From Oligoflexales bacterium (lineage in GTDB: Bacteria; Bdellovibrionota_B; Oligoflexia; Oligoflexales; Bog-1112), in the NCBI GenBank assembly GCA_045106415.1, contig JBGCEP010000043.1, positions 1 through 64,000 of the forward strand: 64,000 nt of DNA, in the 5' to 3' direction. The translations under genes were made by a program, and so were the position numbers. Shown here in pieces: positions 1-8,368 of the stretch. Every line of letters starts with the position of its first letter. Position 1 is the first letter of the stretch. The notes beneath the pieces were generated by a model. The model saw only the letters and a program-made list of their open reading frames with translations, was not told the DNA's origin and did not search any database.

Positions 1-1
1 T

Positions 2-601
2 GAAATAAAAAAAAACACAGAAGTCAAAGTCAAAATCACTCAAGCGCCAAAGCCAAAGCCAAAGCCAAAGCCAAAGCCAAAGCCAAAGCCAAAGCCAAAG
101 CCAAAGCCAAAGCCAAAGCCAAAGCCAAAGCCAAAGCCAAAGCCAAAGCCAAAGCCAAAGCCATCGGAAAGAAAAGCTCCGGCAAAAAAGCCTCAAAAAC
201 CAGCTCAAAGAGTTCAGGGGCTCTCTAAAAACTCTTTTGTAAAAAAGAATGGAAAAGGCTTTAAAGCCCCAATTGGAAACACTCTCATGGAAAAAGACAA
301 AGGAGTTCGTACTGATAAAGTTGAAGATTTGGCCGCTGATGCACGCCTCTTAAAATACAATATTCCGACATACAGCGACCTAGCTCTCGACGCTGGCCTT
401 GAAGGAAAATTTATTGTGGATGTATTTGTGGATGCAACAGGCCGAGTCGTTGAAGTGGAGCTTAGAAAAAAAGTTGGATATGACATGGATCAGGCCATAC
501 TCACCGCAGCTAAAAACGCTATTTTCATTCCAAGGAAAAACTCTCGAGGCAAAACAATATCAGGGTGGGCGCAAATAACTTTCCGGCTACGGCTCCCCTA
601 A
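2..601 (+). CDS. tonB: TonB family energy transducer (5'-truncated by window edge)
   Basis: Frame +2 is open from nt 2 (EIKKNTEVKVKITQAPKPKP...). Pro-Lys linker, then TonB_C-like segment (PTYSDLALDAGLEGKFIVDVFVDATGRV...FIP...ITFRL). Confidence 0.85.
   Translation, partial: EIKKNTEVKVKITQAPKPKPKPKPKPKPKPKPKPKPKPKPKPKPKPKPKPKPKPSERKAPAKKPQKPAQRVQGLSKNSFVKKNGKGFKAPIGNTLMEKDKGVRTDKVEDLAADARLLKYNIPTYSDLALDAGLEGKFIVDVFVDATGRVVEVELRKKVGYDMDQAILTAAKNAIFIPRKNSRGKTISGWAQITFRLRLP
47..163 (+). repeat. Perfect hexamer tandem repeat (CCAAAG)19+CCA encoding (Pro-Lys)n
   Basis: Read directly from the sequence; in frame with tonB. Confidence 0.97.
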
Positions 602-949
602 TAGCACTTACAACATCATCATGGCTGGAAAATCCATTTTTTTTTGTACAACTCAAATAAGTTACCTTGCCTTTAGCTAGAACCAACACAAATCTTTTAT
701 ACACAAAACTCTCTTTTACTATCTCGGACCTAAAATAAGTAAATAAACACAACACACAATGGAAATTGACTGATATTTTTTGAAAAAAGCACATCTACAT
801 CCAATTGTAAGAAAAAACGATCAGCCTGGTATCATAAACATAAGAATGTTTGTGAATGCCCAAACAAAAAAACCAAGCACTTTTCTAAAACAAGTCATAA
901 AAGAAAAATGTCGTTGAAGAACAAATCAAAACACACAAAAACAAACTTT

Positions 950-1745
950 TTTACCGCGAGCATACTGCATCATATTCATGCCATAAAAGGATCTATACTT
1001 ACGCGTCGAATTTGTTAGAGTTTTCCTCTTCTATTCATCAACTTAAAGATCTTTTTCTCAAGGAGAGCGTGAAAAAAGAACCGATAACAAAAGATGTCAT
1101 CGACTGTATCAGCAAAGCTAACATATCTACCCAAGAGTATGTTCATGCACTCAAGATCAACTCAAACACCCGCCATAAAAAAGACTCTGTTACAATAATC
1201 AGCACCCTAGAATAACAGCACTCAAAATATTCAAAGTAGAAGGCAAAAGGAAGAAAAAACGACTCAAATTCTTATTGTTGGTAATGAGTCGGATATTTTA
1301 GAAATTCTAGAAAGCATCATTGTGTTCACAAACGGTCTGTAGATCGAGCCTCTCATGGCGCCGAAACTCTCACACTTGCAAAAAAAAAGTATATGGCATC
1401 ATTGTCACGGATTTACATATGCCACAAGTGAACAGCAGGAAATTCCAATTATTCTCCCTGAGCATATTTAGCAAAACTCTCTTGAATCATGCCTAGGTGC
1501 AAAGGTAACAGACTTCATTAACAAACCATTTCAAATACAAATCATTGAAAAAATTCTACACAAAACCATTTGTCTGTCCAAAATCAAACAAAAAATAGAA
1601 ATCATTAACAAGCAGACATCACTTGTTCAAAATACAATCCAAAGTTTAAACAATAAAGAATTAAGCCATGACCAAATCAAAGAAACGCAAAGCACTATGA
1701 GTGAAATTCACACACTTGCAGAACATCACTGCCTTGACAAAAAAC
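950..1745 (+). pseudogene. Degraded Hpt + receiver (REC) domain signalling gene
   Basis: Fragments in shifting frames: LHHIHAIKGS (965-994, Hpt-like), ILIVGNESDILEIL (from 1268), GIIVTDLHMPQV (~1395-1430), LGAKVTDFINKPF (~1493-1531). In-frame stops and frameshifts; boundaries approximate. Confidence 0.6.
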
Positions 1746-1751
1746 GTTCTG

Positions 1752-2207
1752 TCATGAAGCGACAAAAGCCAACCAATAAAACAAAAGACCAGTGATTGTC
1801 GTAAGACACAAACCATAGAAGGAGCTTTTAGCAATCCTGCGATGTGATTCTGGAAAGACTCGGGGGTCTTTTTTACGCACTCTCCACAAGGTCAGAGACC
1901 AAAGCACGATCGTGGCAATAGAACAACTCATATGACAATACAAAGCCGGGAACAACCAAGTCTCATAAAACGGCGAAGGCTGAGCAAGATGCCTCCACCC
2001 CCAAATGCGCATATCAACTTCGAACAGCAGAACAGCGCCAAACAACAAAAAGCTCACCAGTTTTTGTAAGCTAGCATGACGATCATGACGCCCCATACGC
2101 GCTTGATGAATACTAAAAATCATCAAAGGTATAATGCTTATTATTGCTATAATGATAAAATCAAATATGAAAGATGCTCTACTAAATGGGAAGATTCCGG
2201 AATACAA
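1752..2207 (-). CDS. DUF420-like membrane protein
   Basis: Four hydrophobic segments with His motifs (RH..LQ, LFEVDMR..GW, HRRIAK). Probable TTG start at 2207 with GAGG SD; the longer track ORF runs through the tRNA. Confidence 0.7.
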   Translation of the reverse strand: MYSGIFPFSRASFIFDFIIIAIISIIPLMIFSIHQARMGRHDRHASLQKLVSFLLFGAVLLFEVDMRIWGWRHLAQPSPFYETWLFPALYCHMSCSIATIVLWSLTLWRVRKKDPRVFPESHRRIAKSSFYGLCLTTITGLLFYWLAFVAS

Positions 2208-2230
2208 GTCTTTATTCCTCTGAAAATGTG

Positions 2231-2306
2231 TGGTGGAGGCTAGGAGAGTCGAACTCCTGACCTTTGGAATGCAAATCCAACGCTCTACCAGCTGAGCTAA
2301 GCCCCC
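2231..2306 (-). tRNA. tRNA-Ala(UGC)
   Basis: GGGGGCTTAGCTCAGCTGGTAGAGCGTTGGATTTGCATTCCAAAGGTCAGGAGTTCGACTCTCCTAGCCTCCACCA: cloverleaf, TGC anticodon, G3:U70 pair, encoded CCA. Confidence 0.97.
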
Positions 2307-2392
2307 CCGATCACGAAGAGGAATATCGCTCATTAAGTTTTAAAAGGCAACACTAAATGCATTGTAATCAAACAATTAAGAGGTATAAGAGA

Positions 2393-3946
2393 ATGAAAAA
2401 CCCACTATTTTTACTTTTTCTTTTATTTTCAGTTAGTTGCGGAAGCAAGAAAACTGCAAAAAAAACACAGCCACAGCGAGGATTGCCTCAACAACTTGAT
2501 CAAACAGCTCACGAATACAATCTACCTGTCAGGCTTCTTAAAGCTGTTGCTTTTTTAGAGAGCCGTGTTCAGCCAACATCTCACTCTATGGTTTATGACA
2601 ACACAGCCCTCAGCTTAAATAGAACTCAAACAGCACTAGGCCTATCCAGATCAACCTTAAACTTACACGAACAAGAGAATGCTGATGATCTTATCATCCA
2701 ATTTAAAGCATATGCCTCCTTTATGAGACAGAGATTACAAAATCAGAATCTACAATTTAGCAACAACCCTAAACAACCTGATGAGTGGTTTCACTGGATG
2801 TGGGAGATGGCGCAGGTCCATCGCCAAGGGAGCAGAACACGAAGAAACACTCATGTCATATTTGTTCGAGAGCTCATAAAAATATTAAACAAAGGTTTTA
2901 TTAAAACTCTACCCTCCGGCGAAGCTTTAACTCTAGAGCCTCAGTCCCCACCTCTCCATGAGAAAAACTTCAGCTCAGAACTGCAAAAATATTTAAAGCT
3001 TTCTAGCACGCGTAGCCCTATCGATGGAGTTCTTCACCTTAATTTAGTCGCTGATAATAGTTCAAACACACCTCTTTTAGCACAGTCTATTGAAGTTGTT
3101 CATTGTCCTTTTTCTTTATCCGCATGCCTTGACCTTCAAAGCCCCACACAAGATGAGTCCGTGAAATTACGAGCTCACTACATCATCCCTCAAGACGACT
3201 CACTCACTGGACTGCCACTAGAAGTCAGTCGACATGACTATGCTGTTGAACTGACCTCCGAAGATGGTCTCAATACCATGTCAGATAAGGTTGTTATTAT
3301 GCTTACAGGCCACTCAGGACAAGTCAGCCAAAGCGTCAGAGTAACAGCACATCCAACCTGGATCACACCGTGGCAACTTCAGTCAATGGCACAAGTGGTC
3401 CACGCTGTATGTCAACGCATGGCCTGGGACCAAAACACCTCTGCGGATAGCTGCTTACAACAAACTTCATTTCGCCATGATCAAAAATCATTACGGTGGG
3501 GTGACATTATGGACTATGACCCTCTCATTTTTAACGCTTACCTAAATGACCCTGTAGGCCTACCAGGAGAAGTCGCTATCGACATTCAAAATAAAGCAAA
3601 ACGCCTTAAAGCCGGTCAAGCTATTCGGTTACAGCTTAAGTTTCAGCCACAAGCACAACAAGTTGTCTTAGAAGAACTTACCCGGTGCGAAAAAGGTGAG
3701 ATGGTGTGGTCGCTTTTTTATAAAGCACAAGTTCGTAGCCAAACACATATTGAAACACAACCCAGCTTGTGGGACTCCGGACCCAACAAAGACGGCACAC
3801 ATTACTTTCGAATGAAAGCGTATAACAAAGAAGGGACCCTTTTAGGGTGGGACGTCACCAGCCTACTGCTTAAAGACTACGAAGACGACAGTCTTTCAGC
3901 GGCACCAGAAAGTTGTTGGCTTAAGGCCAGCGTAGGTACCGATTAA
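2393..3946 (+). CDS. Lipoprotein with lysozyme/SLT-like N-terminus and degenerate Amidase_2-like middle domain
   Basis: Lipobox FSVSC; AHEYNLPVRLLKAVAFLESR (SLT-like ES motif); IEVVHC...LRAHYII (amidase-like strands). Confidence 0.5.
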   Translation: MKNPLFLLFLLFSVSCGSKKTAKKTQPQRGLPQQLDQTAHEYNLPVRLLKAVAFLESRVQPTSHSMVYDNTALSLNRTQTALGLSRSTLNLHEQENADDLIIQFKAYASFMRQRLQNQNLQFSNNPKQPDEWFHWMWEMAQVHRQGSRTRRNTHVIFVRELIKILNKGFIKTLPSGEALTLEPQSPPLHEKNFSSELQKYLKLSSTRSPIDGVLHLNLVADNSSNTPLLAQSIEVVHCPFSLSACLDLQSPTQDESVKLRAHYIIPQDDSLTGLPLEVSRHDYAVELTSEDGLNTMSDKVVIMLTGHSGQVSQSVRVTAHPTWITPWQLQSMAQVVHAVCQRMAWDQNTSADSCLQQTSFRHDQKSLRWGDIMDYDPLIFNAYLNDPVGLPGEVAIDIQNKAKRLKAGQAIRLQLKFQPQAQQVVLEELTRCEKGEMVWSLFYKAQVRSQTHIETQPSLWDSGPNKDGTHYFRMKAYNKEGTLLGWDVTSLLLKDYEDDSLSAAPESCWLKASVGTD

Positions 3947-4277
3947 AATCAGAACTTTCTGGACTACTCTGACCAAAACGCCAAGCGACTTTTTCCTCTA
4001 AATTCAAATCATGACTAGGAACAAAAGTCGTTTGGCCATCCGCATTTTCAACTTGCAGCACATTCGGCGCGCGGTGTGAGATATGACGAACAGTCACCTC
4101 ATCACTTTCTTGCCATTTTTCATTGCGAGTATTTTTTAAGGAGACAACATCAGTGGGAAGCATTTCATGGTTTTTCGCAGGCGGGCGTCGACGAATAGTC
4201 TTTAACTCACCAGTATGAAAATCTTTATAAATCACCTGGTAAGGTTTACGACTAAAATGTATCGCTGATTTCGACAT
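3921..4277 (-). CDS. Hypothetical protein
   Basis: GGAGG SD before ATG 4277; 118 aa. Confidence 0.7.
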   Translation of the reverse strand: MSKSAIHFSRKPYQVIYKDFHTGELKTIRRRPPAKNHEMLPTDVVSLKNTRNEKWQESDEVTVRHISHRAPNVLQVENADGQTTFVPSHDLNLEEKVAWRFGQSSPESSDFNRYLRWP

Positions 4278-4298
4278 AGTAAACCTCCACGGATGGAG

Positions 4299-4326
4299 GT
4301 ATCGGATAAGATATTGGCAAAGATGA
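4299..4326 (-). promoter_or_regulatory. Sigma28/FliA-like promoter
   Basis: TCAT-N16-TCCGATAC just upstream of the 4277 start. Confidence 0.5.
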
Positions 4327-4365
4327 AAAATAAACACTCTTCATCTTTTATATCAAGGCGTTAAA

Positions 4366-4617
4366 CTAAACTATTTCTCTGCCTGCGATATAACCCGTTG
4401 AGCGTGTATTACACCCACAAGTCCTATTTCCAGCTGACTCAAAAGGCTGATGACACGTAATGCAGCAACGAACCTGAATCTTAATTGGAGCTAAGTCTGC
4501 CAGTCTGCGAGCTTGATTCTTAAGTTCGATATCTTTAACGACTGAGGGAGGGAGTCTTTTGACTTTATTTTCGTCGAAACGAGTAGCTTGATCCATCATC
4601 GCACCTGATTCTTTCAT
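4366..4617 (-). CDS. Small hypothetical protein with C-terminal Cys cluster (zinc-ribbon-like)
   Basis: RCCITCHQPFESAGNRTCGC. Confidence 0.65.
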   Translation of the reverse strand: MKESGAMMDQATRFDENKVKRLPPSVVKDIELKNQARRLADLAPIKIQVRCCITCHQPFESAGNRTCGCNTRSTGYIAGREIV

Positions 4618-4953
4618 TAACTTTTTTTGTTATAGCAGGGCTTACAATCAATTTTTTGATTTTGTCTCAAGCCTTAAACTCTTGGTCTAAACGAATGATT
4701 CATACTAAAAAAATCGATAAAAGCAACAACCTTGTATAACCTCAAAATTTTACTGTCAACACTTATCGCTGAAGTTTTTGCTTTCATAAAAGCAGCACCA
4801 CAGGGTTAGATTTATCGCATAAAACCAATTTTAAGTCAATATTTTTAGAAACTAACAGCGTTAGTCAAGTCTGCTTTTTTAATCGATAGTTGAAGATTTC
4901 GATGAAATAGGAAACAATTGCGATCATCTATTTTTTATTTTATTCGGTGCCAT

Positions 4954-5457
4954 ATGCAACTCAACACCCTTATAACAAAAGAACAAATAGCTGAGCGTGT
5001 CAAGGAGCTCGGCGAAGAACTCAGTAAAGAATATGTGGATCGATGTCCACTCGTAATAGGGGTTTTGAAGGGCGCCTTTATTTTCACAGCCGACCTTGTT
5101 CGTGCCATGAATACTCCTGTCGAAGTCGACTTCATCCGCTTCGCAAGCTACGAAGGGACTCAATCGACAGGAAACGTCAGACTTATTCATGATTTAACCA
5201 TCGATTGCGCAGGGCGTGACATTCTGGTTGTAGAAGATATCGTCGACACAGGCCAAACCCTAGAAGCTCTTATTCGCATATTAAAAACACGCCGCCCAAA
5301 ATCATTAAAAATATGCGCATTACTAGCGCATAAAGATCATGTAAATACGATAGATTTTGTCGGGTTTCAATCTCACGAAGGTTTTGTTGTGGGGTATGGA
5401 CTTGATCTATATGGACGCTACCGTGAGCTCCCTCACATAGCCAGCGTCCATTCATAA
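4954..5457 (+). CDS. hpt: Hypoxanthine phosphoribosyltransferase
   Basis: VLKGAFIFTADL, PRPP motif LVVEDIVDTGQT, FVVGYGLD. Confidence 0.95.
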   Translation: MQLNTLITKEQIAERVKELGEELSKEYVDRCPLVIGVLKGAFIFTADLVRAMNTPVEVDFIRFASYEGTQSTGNVRLIHDLTIDCAGRDILVVEDIVDTGQTLEALIRILKTRRPKSLKICALLAHKDHVNTIDFVGFQSHEGFVVGYGLDLYGRYRELPHIASVHS

Positions 5458-5470
5458 TAAAAAAACAAGC

Positions 5471-5710
5471 TCACTCTTGGCCTGTGATTTTTGGTCGAGA
5501 CGAACGCTTTAACTCCGTCATCAACTTATTAATCTTCTCTAAGCTCTCCTGCACATTAACCATACGCTCAGCCAAGTTTTGGCTTTCTGCTCCAACTCTA
5601 TGAGTTTTAAACAAAGGAGCTCTTCCTCCTCGAGCAGCAGCCACTTTGTGTTGTTTGCGTGCACGGCCTAAATCTATAACATTAGAAACTTGTATCTCAT
5701 TTTTTTTCAT
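5471..5710 (-). CDS. Small hypothetical protein (C-terminal coiled coil)
   Basis: 79-aa ORF with NVIDL and ESLEKINKLMTELK. Confidence 0.65.
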   Translation of the reverse strand: MKKNEIQVSNVIDLGRARKQHKVAAARGGRAPLFKTHRVGAESQNLAERMVNVQESLEKINKLMTELKRSSRPKITGQE

Positions 5711-5741
5711 TATCCATTTTCCATGGCACAGAGGGCTAACA

Positions 5742-5948
5742 TTACTTTTTTGTAATACGATATGAGCGAAGAACAGAACTGTTATTTTTAGAGCGCTCCT
5801 TTTGCAAACGAGATCTAATTTCTAGGTTTTTACGAATAGCATCCTCAAAAACATGCTTATCCACATCATAGGATGGATCTTGTTGTTTCTCTTTAACACC
5901 TGGTGATTTTGAAAAAATAGAAAAAACATTTTCTTCACGATTCTTCAC
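5742..5948 (-). CDS. Small basic hypothetical protein
   Basis: FEDAIRKNLEIRSRLQKERSKNNSSVLRSYRI; start uncertain (GTG ~5948). Confidence 0.6.
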   Translation of the reverse strand: MKNREENVFSIFSKSPGVKEKQQDPSYDVDKHVFEDAIRKNLEIRSRLQKERSKNNSSVLRSYRITKK

Positions 5949-6158
5949 AACAGACTCCACAGCAAAACATACAGAACATGAGCAACACAAACATCTACTC
6001 AAGAGTCATGCCAATGCCTTATAAAAAACCGTTCCCATAAATTTCAGCGACTTCCAAAAAAACCACAGCAATTCTCCCTAAAAAAGCTGATACCATACAG
6101 ACAGGTGTCAAAAAAAAAGACAGCTCCCTGTTCCAACAAAGTAAAGAAGGAAAACGCT

Positions 6159-6581
6159 ATGGATGTTCATCATATCTTCAAGTGGTTCTATCTCCATTTT
6201 GACAGAACAGAATGCAACCATGCAATAATTCATCATAAAAAAACAAAACCTCTCGGATCAGGCAGACATTTTCAAGCCTGGAGCCATAAGGAATTTGCTC
6301 TTTGTGAAGGGAAAAACCTGCCTCAAAATTGGAGCTCTTGGATGCAAAAAGTTGCATCACTAGGACCACAAAAACTTATCCCACCATTCGAACTTCTTAA
6401 CGATCACACCATTGTAATGCCAAAACTCCAGCACTGCCGTTCTGTTGCAGATAATAGCGAAGACTCAATCTATGTGAATGCACAGCTCAAAAAAATAAAA
6501 CTGCAAATCAACGACCTCCAAATCGGCACTTTCCAAGGCGTTCCTTTTGTCTATGACTGGTCAGACCTCAAAGCACTATGA
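6159..6581 (+). CDS. Hypothetical protein, possible minimal kinase-like fold
   Basis: AAGGA SD; LGSGRHFQAW and INDLQIG...GVPFVYDWS. Confidence 0.5.
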   Translation: MDVHHIFKWFYLHFDRTECNHAIIHHKKTKPLGSGRHFQAWSHKEFALCEGKNLPQNWSSWMQKVASLGPQKLIPPFELLNDHTIVMPKLQHCRSVADNSEDSIYVNAQLKKIKLQINDLQIGTFQGVPFVYDWSDLKAL

Positions 6582-7013
6582 GCACTGGTCAATCAGCTTC
6601 TGTAAGCCGCTAAAAAGGCCAGGCAAACTGGCTTTCGCAAGCTTATCTGTCACCTTTTTAGGCACTAACCCTCGAAACGATGCTTCCACTTGATACACAG
6701 CGCGTGTTTCACCCTGTTTATCAGCTTCTGAAAAAATCCATGACCCTTTATTGGTTTTCATCAAGTTTGAGTCCGCCAAGCTCCAGGAAATCTGATGAGG
6801 AGACGTTTCAAACATATCCAGAGTGTAATGAAAAGACTTCACTAGGTGAATTTCATACTTCACCTGACAACACGACCCTGCAACAACAGCCGGCAATATC
6901 TGCGTACTCATCACCCCAGGAACAAAATCCGGATAATCGCAATAACGAGAAACCCCACGAAAAACTTGATCAACAGCGCCACAAAATGTGTGTTCTTCCT
7001 TTAATTCAGCCAT
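6576..7013 (-). CDS. SRPBCC/START (RatA/Coq10/polyketide cyclase-like) protein
   Basis: VSRYCDYPDFVPGV, ISWSL..S.LMKTNKGSW; ATG at 7013. Confidence 0.85.
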   Translation of the reverse strand: MAELKEEHTFCGAVDQVFRGVSRYCDYPDFVPGVMSTQILPAVVAGSCCQVKYEIHLVKSFHYTLDMFETSPHQISWSLADSNLMKTNKGSWIFSEADKQGETRAVYQVEASFRGLVPKKVTDKLAKASLPGLFSGLQKLIDQCS

Positions 7014-7134
7014 ATGTTTCTTTCCATCCCTTCGCTTATCAGTTACACTAAACAATGTATATCTCGACTCGTTCGAGTACCGATAACATGGATTGTCTCC
7101 AATTGTGACTTTTTTTGCCAGAACGGAATGCCTT

Positions 7135-7392
7135 ATGAATGACCACGATGATATCTCCATGAAAGATCTGGTGGGGTTTATTGCTCGTGCCTTGGTCGAT
7201 GAAACAGAACGCATCGATATCCATGAAATCCAAGGAAACCAAACCAATATTGTTGAGCTTAAGGTAGCTAAAGAAGATATTGGTAAGGTCATTGGACGCC
7301 AAGGACGGACTGCTGACGCAATCCGCACGATCCTAAATTGCGCAGCTGCAAAGTCAGCCAAGCGCTACATCCTTCAAATTATTGATGAATGA
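7135..7392 (+). CDS. khpA: KH-domain RNA-binding protein KhpA
   Basis: ELKVAKEDIGKVIGRQGRTADAIRTIL. Confidence 0.92.
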   Translation: MNDHDDISMKDLVGFIARALVDETERIDIHEIQGNQTNIVELKVAKEDIGKVIGRQGRTADAIRTILNCAAAKSAKRYILQIIDE

Positions 7393-8368
7393 GATAGCAG
7401 CACAAGTCGTCTCGGGAGCTTTGTCTACGACGAAGATTTCCCGAGACGAACGTCACTTTTTAGAACGCTGGCAGCCTGCAGGCCTCACTCTTTTTCGCCG
7501 AAACTTCACTGAGTGTGAAAACAATGTCCTTGAACTCAACCTTGATATTCAAGGCTGCTACCACTCTTCCCACCCTGCACTTATTTCTATAGACCAAGAG
7601 GGTGGCAGAGTCCGTCGGTTACGCACAGTGGTAACAGACCCTGGCGCACCACTTCATATAGAAGAACGCTCGACAAGTCCTTCCGCACTTCAGCGCATTC
7701 AAGAACAGCAATATCATGTCGGCCAACAGCTCAAACAGCTAGGGGTTAATGTCAACTTTGCTCCTGTGCTCGACATTTGGAGTCATGACACTCACACAGC
7801 TATTGGAGATCGTTGTTGGGGTGAAGACTCAGATCACGTCACGAGAAGGGCTAAGGCAGCTCTTATAGGCCTTAAAAAGGCTGGATTAGCAACCTGCTTA
7901 AAACATTTCCCGGGCCAAGGCAAAGCACTCTTTGACACCCACATGAAAGGTGCTCAAATAGAGCTTAATAGAGGGGAACTAGAAGAACACCTACAGCCCT
8001 TTCGAGCAATGACTCACCTGGCGGATATGGTTATGATCTCACACGCATCATATCGCGCATTTGGAAGTACCGAGGCGTGCTTCAACCCTTACATCCTAAA
8101 TCACTTACTGAAGAGCCAGCTTCATTTTCAGGGCGTTGTCGTCTCTGACGACTTAACAATGGGAGCTATTGATCAACAGTCTCGCGGCGAGGTTGGAGTT
8201 GCAGCAATAGCTGCAGGCTGCGACCTACTTCTCGTTTGCGAGGGTCTTGAGCACTGGCAAAACCTGTGTGAAGCAATCAGCAAAGAAGCTGCAAAAAGCC
8301 CTGTTTTTTCCGCACGGCTGCACGACGCAGCCTCTAAAGTAAAACTTTTGCGAAGGAAGTTTACTTAG
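7385..8368 (+). CDS. nagZ: Beta-N-acetylhexosaminidase (GH3)
   Basis: IDQEGGRVRRL, NFAPVLD, KHFPGQG..DTH, SDDLTMGA. Confidence 0.9.
   Translation: MNEIAAQVVSGALSTTKISRDERHFLERWQPAGLTLFRRNFTECENNVLELNLDIQGCYHSSHPALISIDQEGGRVRRLRTVVTDPGAPLHIEERSTSPSALQRIQEQQYHVGQQLKQLGVNVNFAPVLDIWSHDTHTAIGDRCWGEDSDHVTRRAKAALIGLKKAGLATCLKHFPGQGKALFDTHMKGAQIELNRGELEEHLQPFRAMTHLADMVMISHASYRAFGSTEACFNPYILNHLLKSQLHFQGVVVSDDLTMGAIDQQSRGEVGVAAIAAGCDLLLVCEGLEHWQNLCEAISKEAAKSPVFSARLHDAASKVKLLRRKFT

Noticed and set aside
47..163. Tandem repeat as a CRISPR array or telomere-like repeat
   Set aside because: No spacers; it is an in-frame Pro-Lys linker of TonB. No cas genes or arrays were seen in the window.
602..2306. 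Genomic island integrated at the tRNA-Ala 3' end
   Set aside because: No integrase and no duplicated tRNA 3' fragment seen within the window.
2208..2333. N-terminal extension of the 193-aa ORF 1752..2333
   Set aside because: It reads through the tRNA-Ala gene; a SD-led TTG at 2207 is a better start.
7060..7090. ACCGATAA as a sigma28 promoter for khpA
   Set aside because: No reasonable -35 element at the expected spacing.
7014..7361. Long 5' extension of ORF 6576..7361
   Set aside because: Antisense shadow of khpA; the START-like domain begins at ATG 7013.
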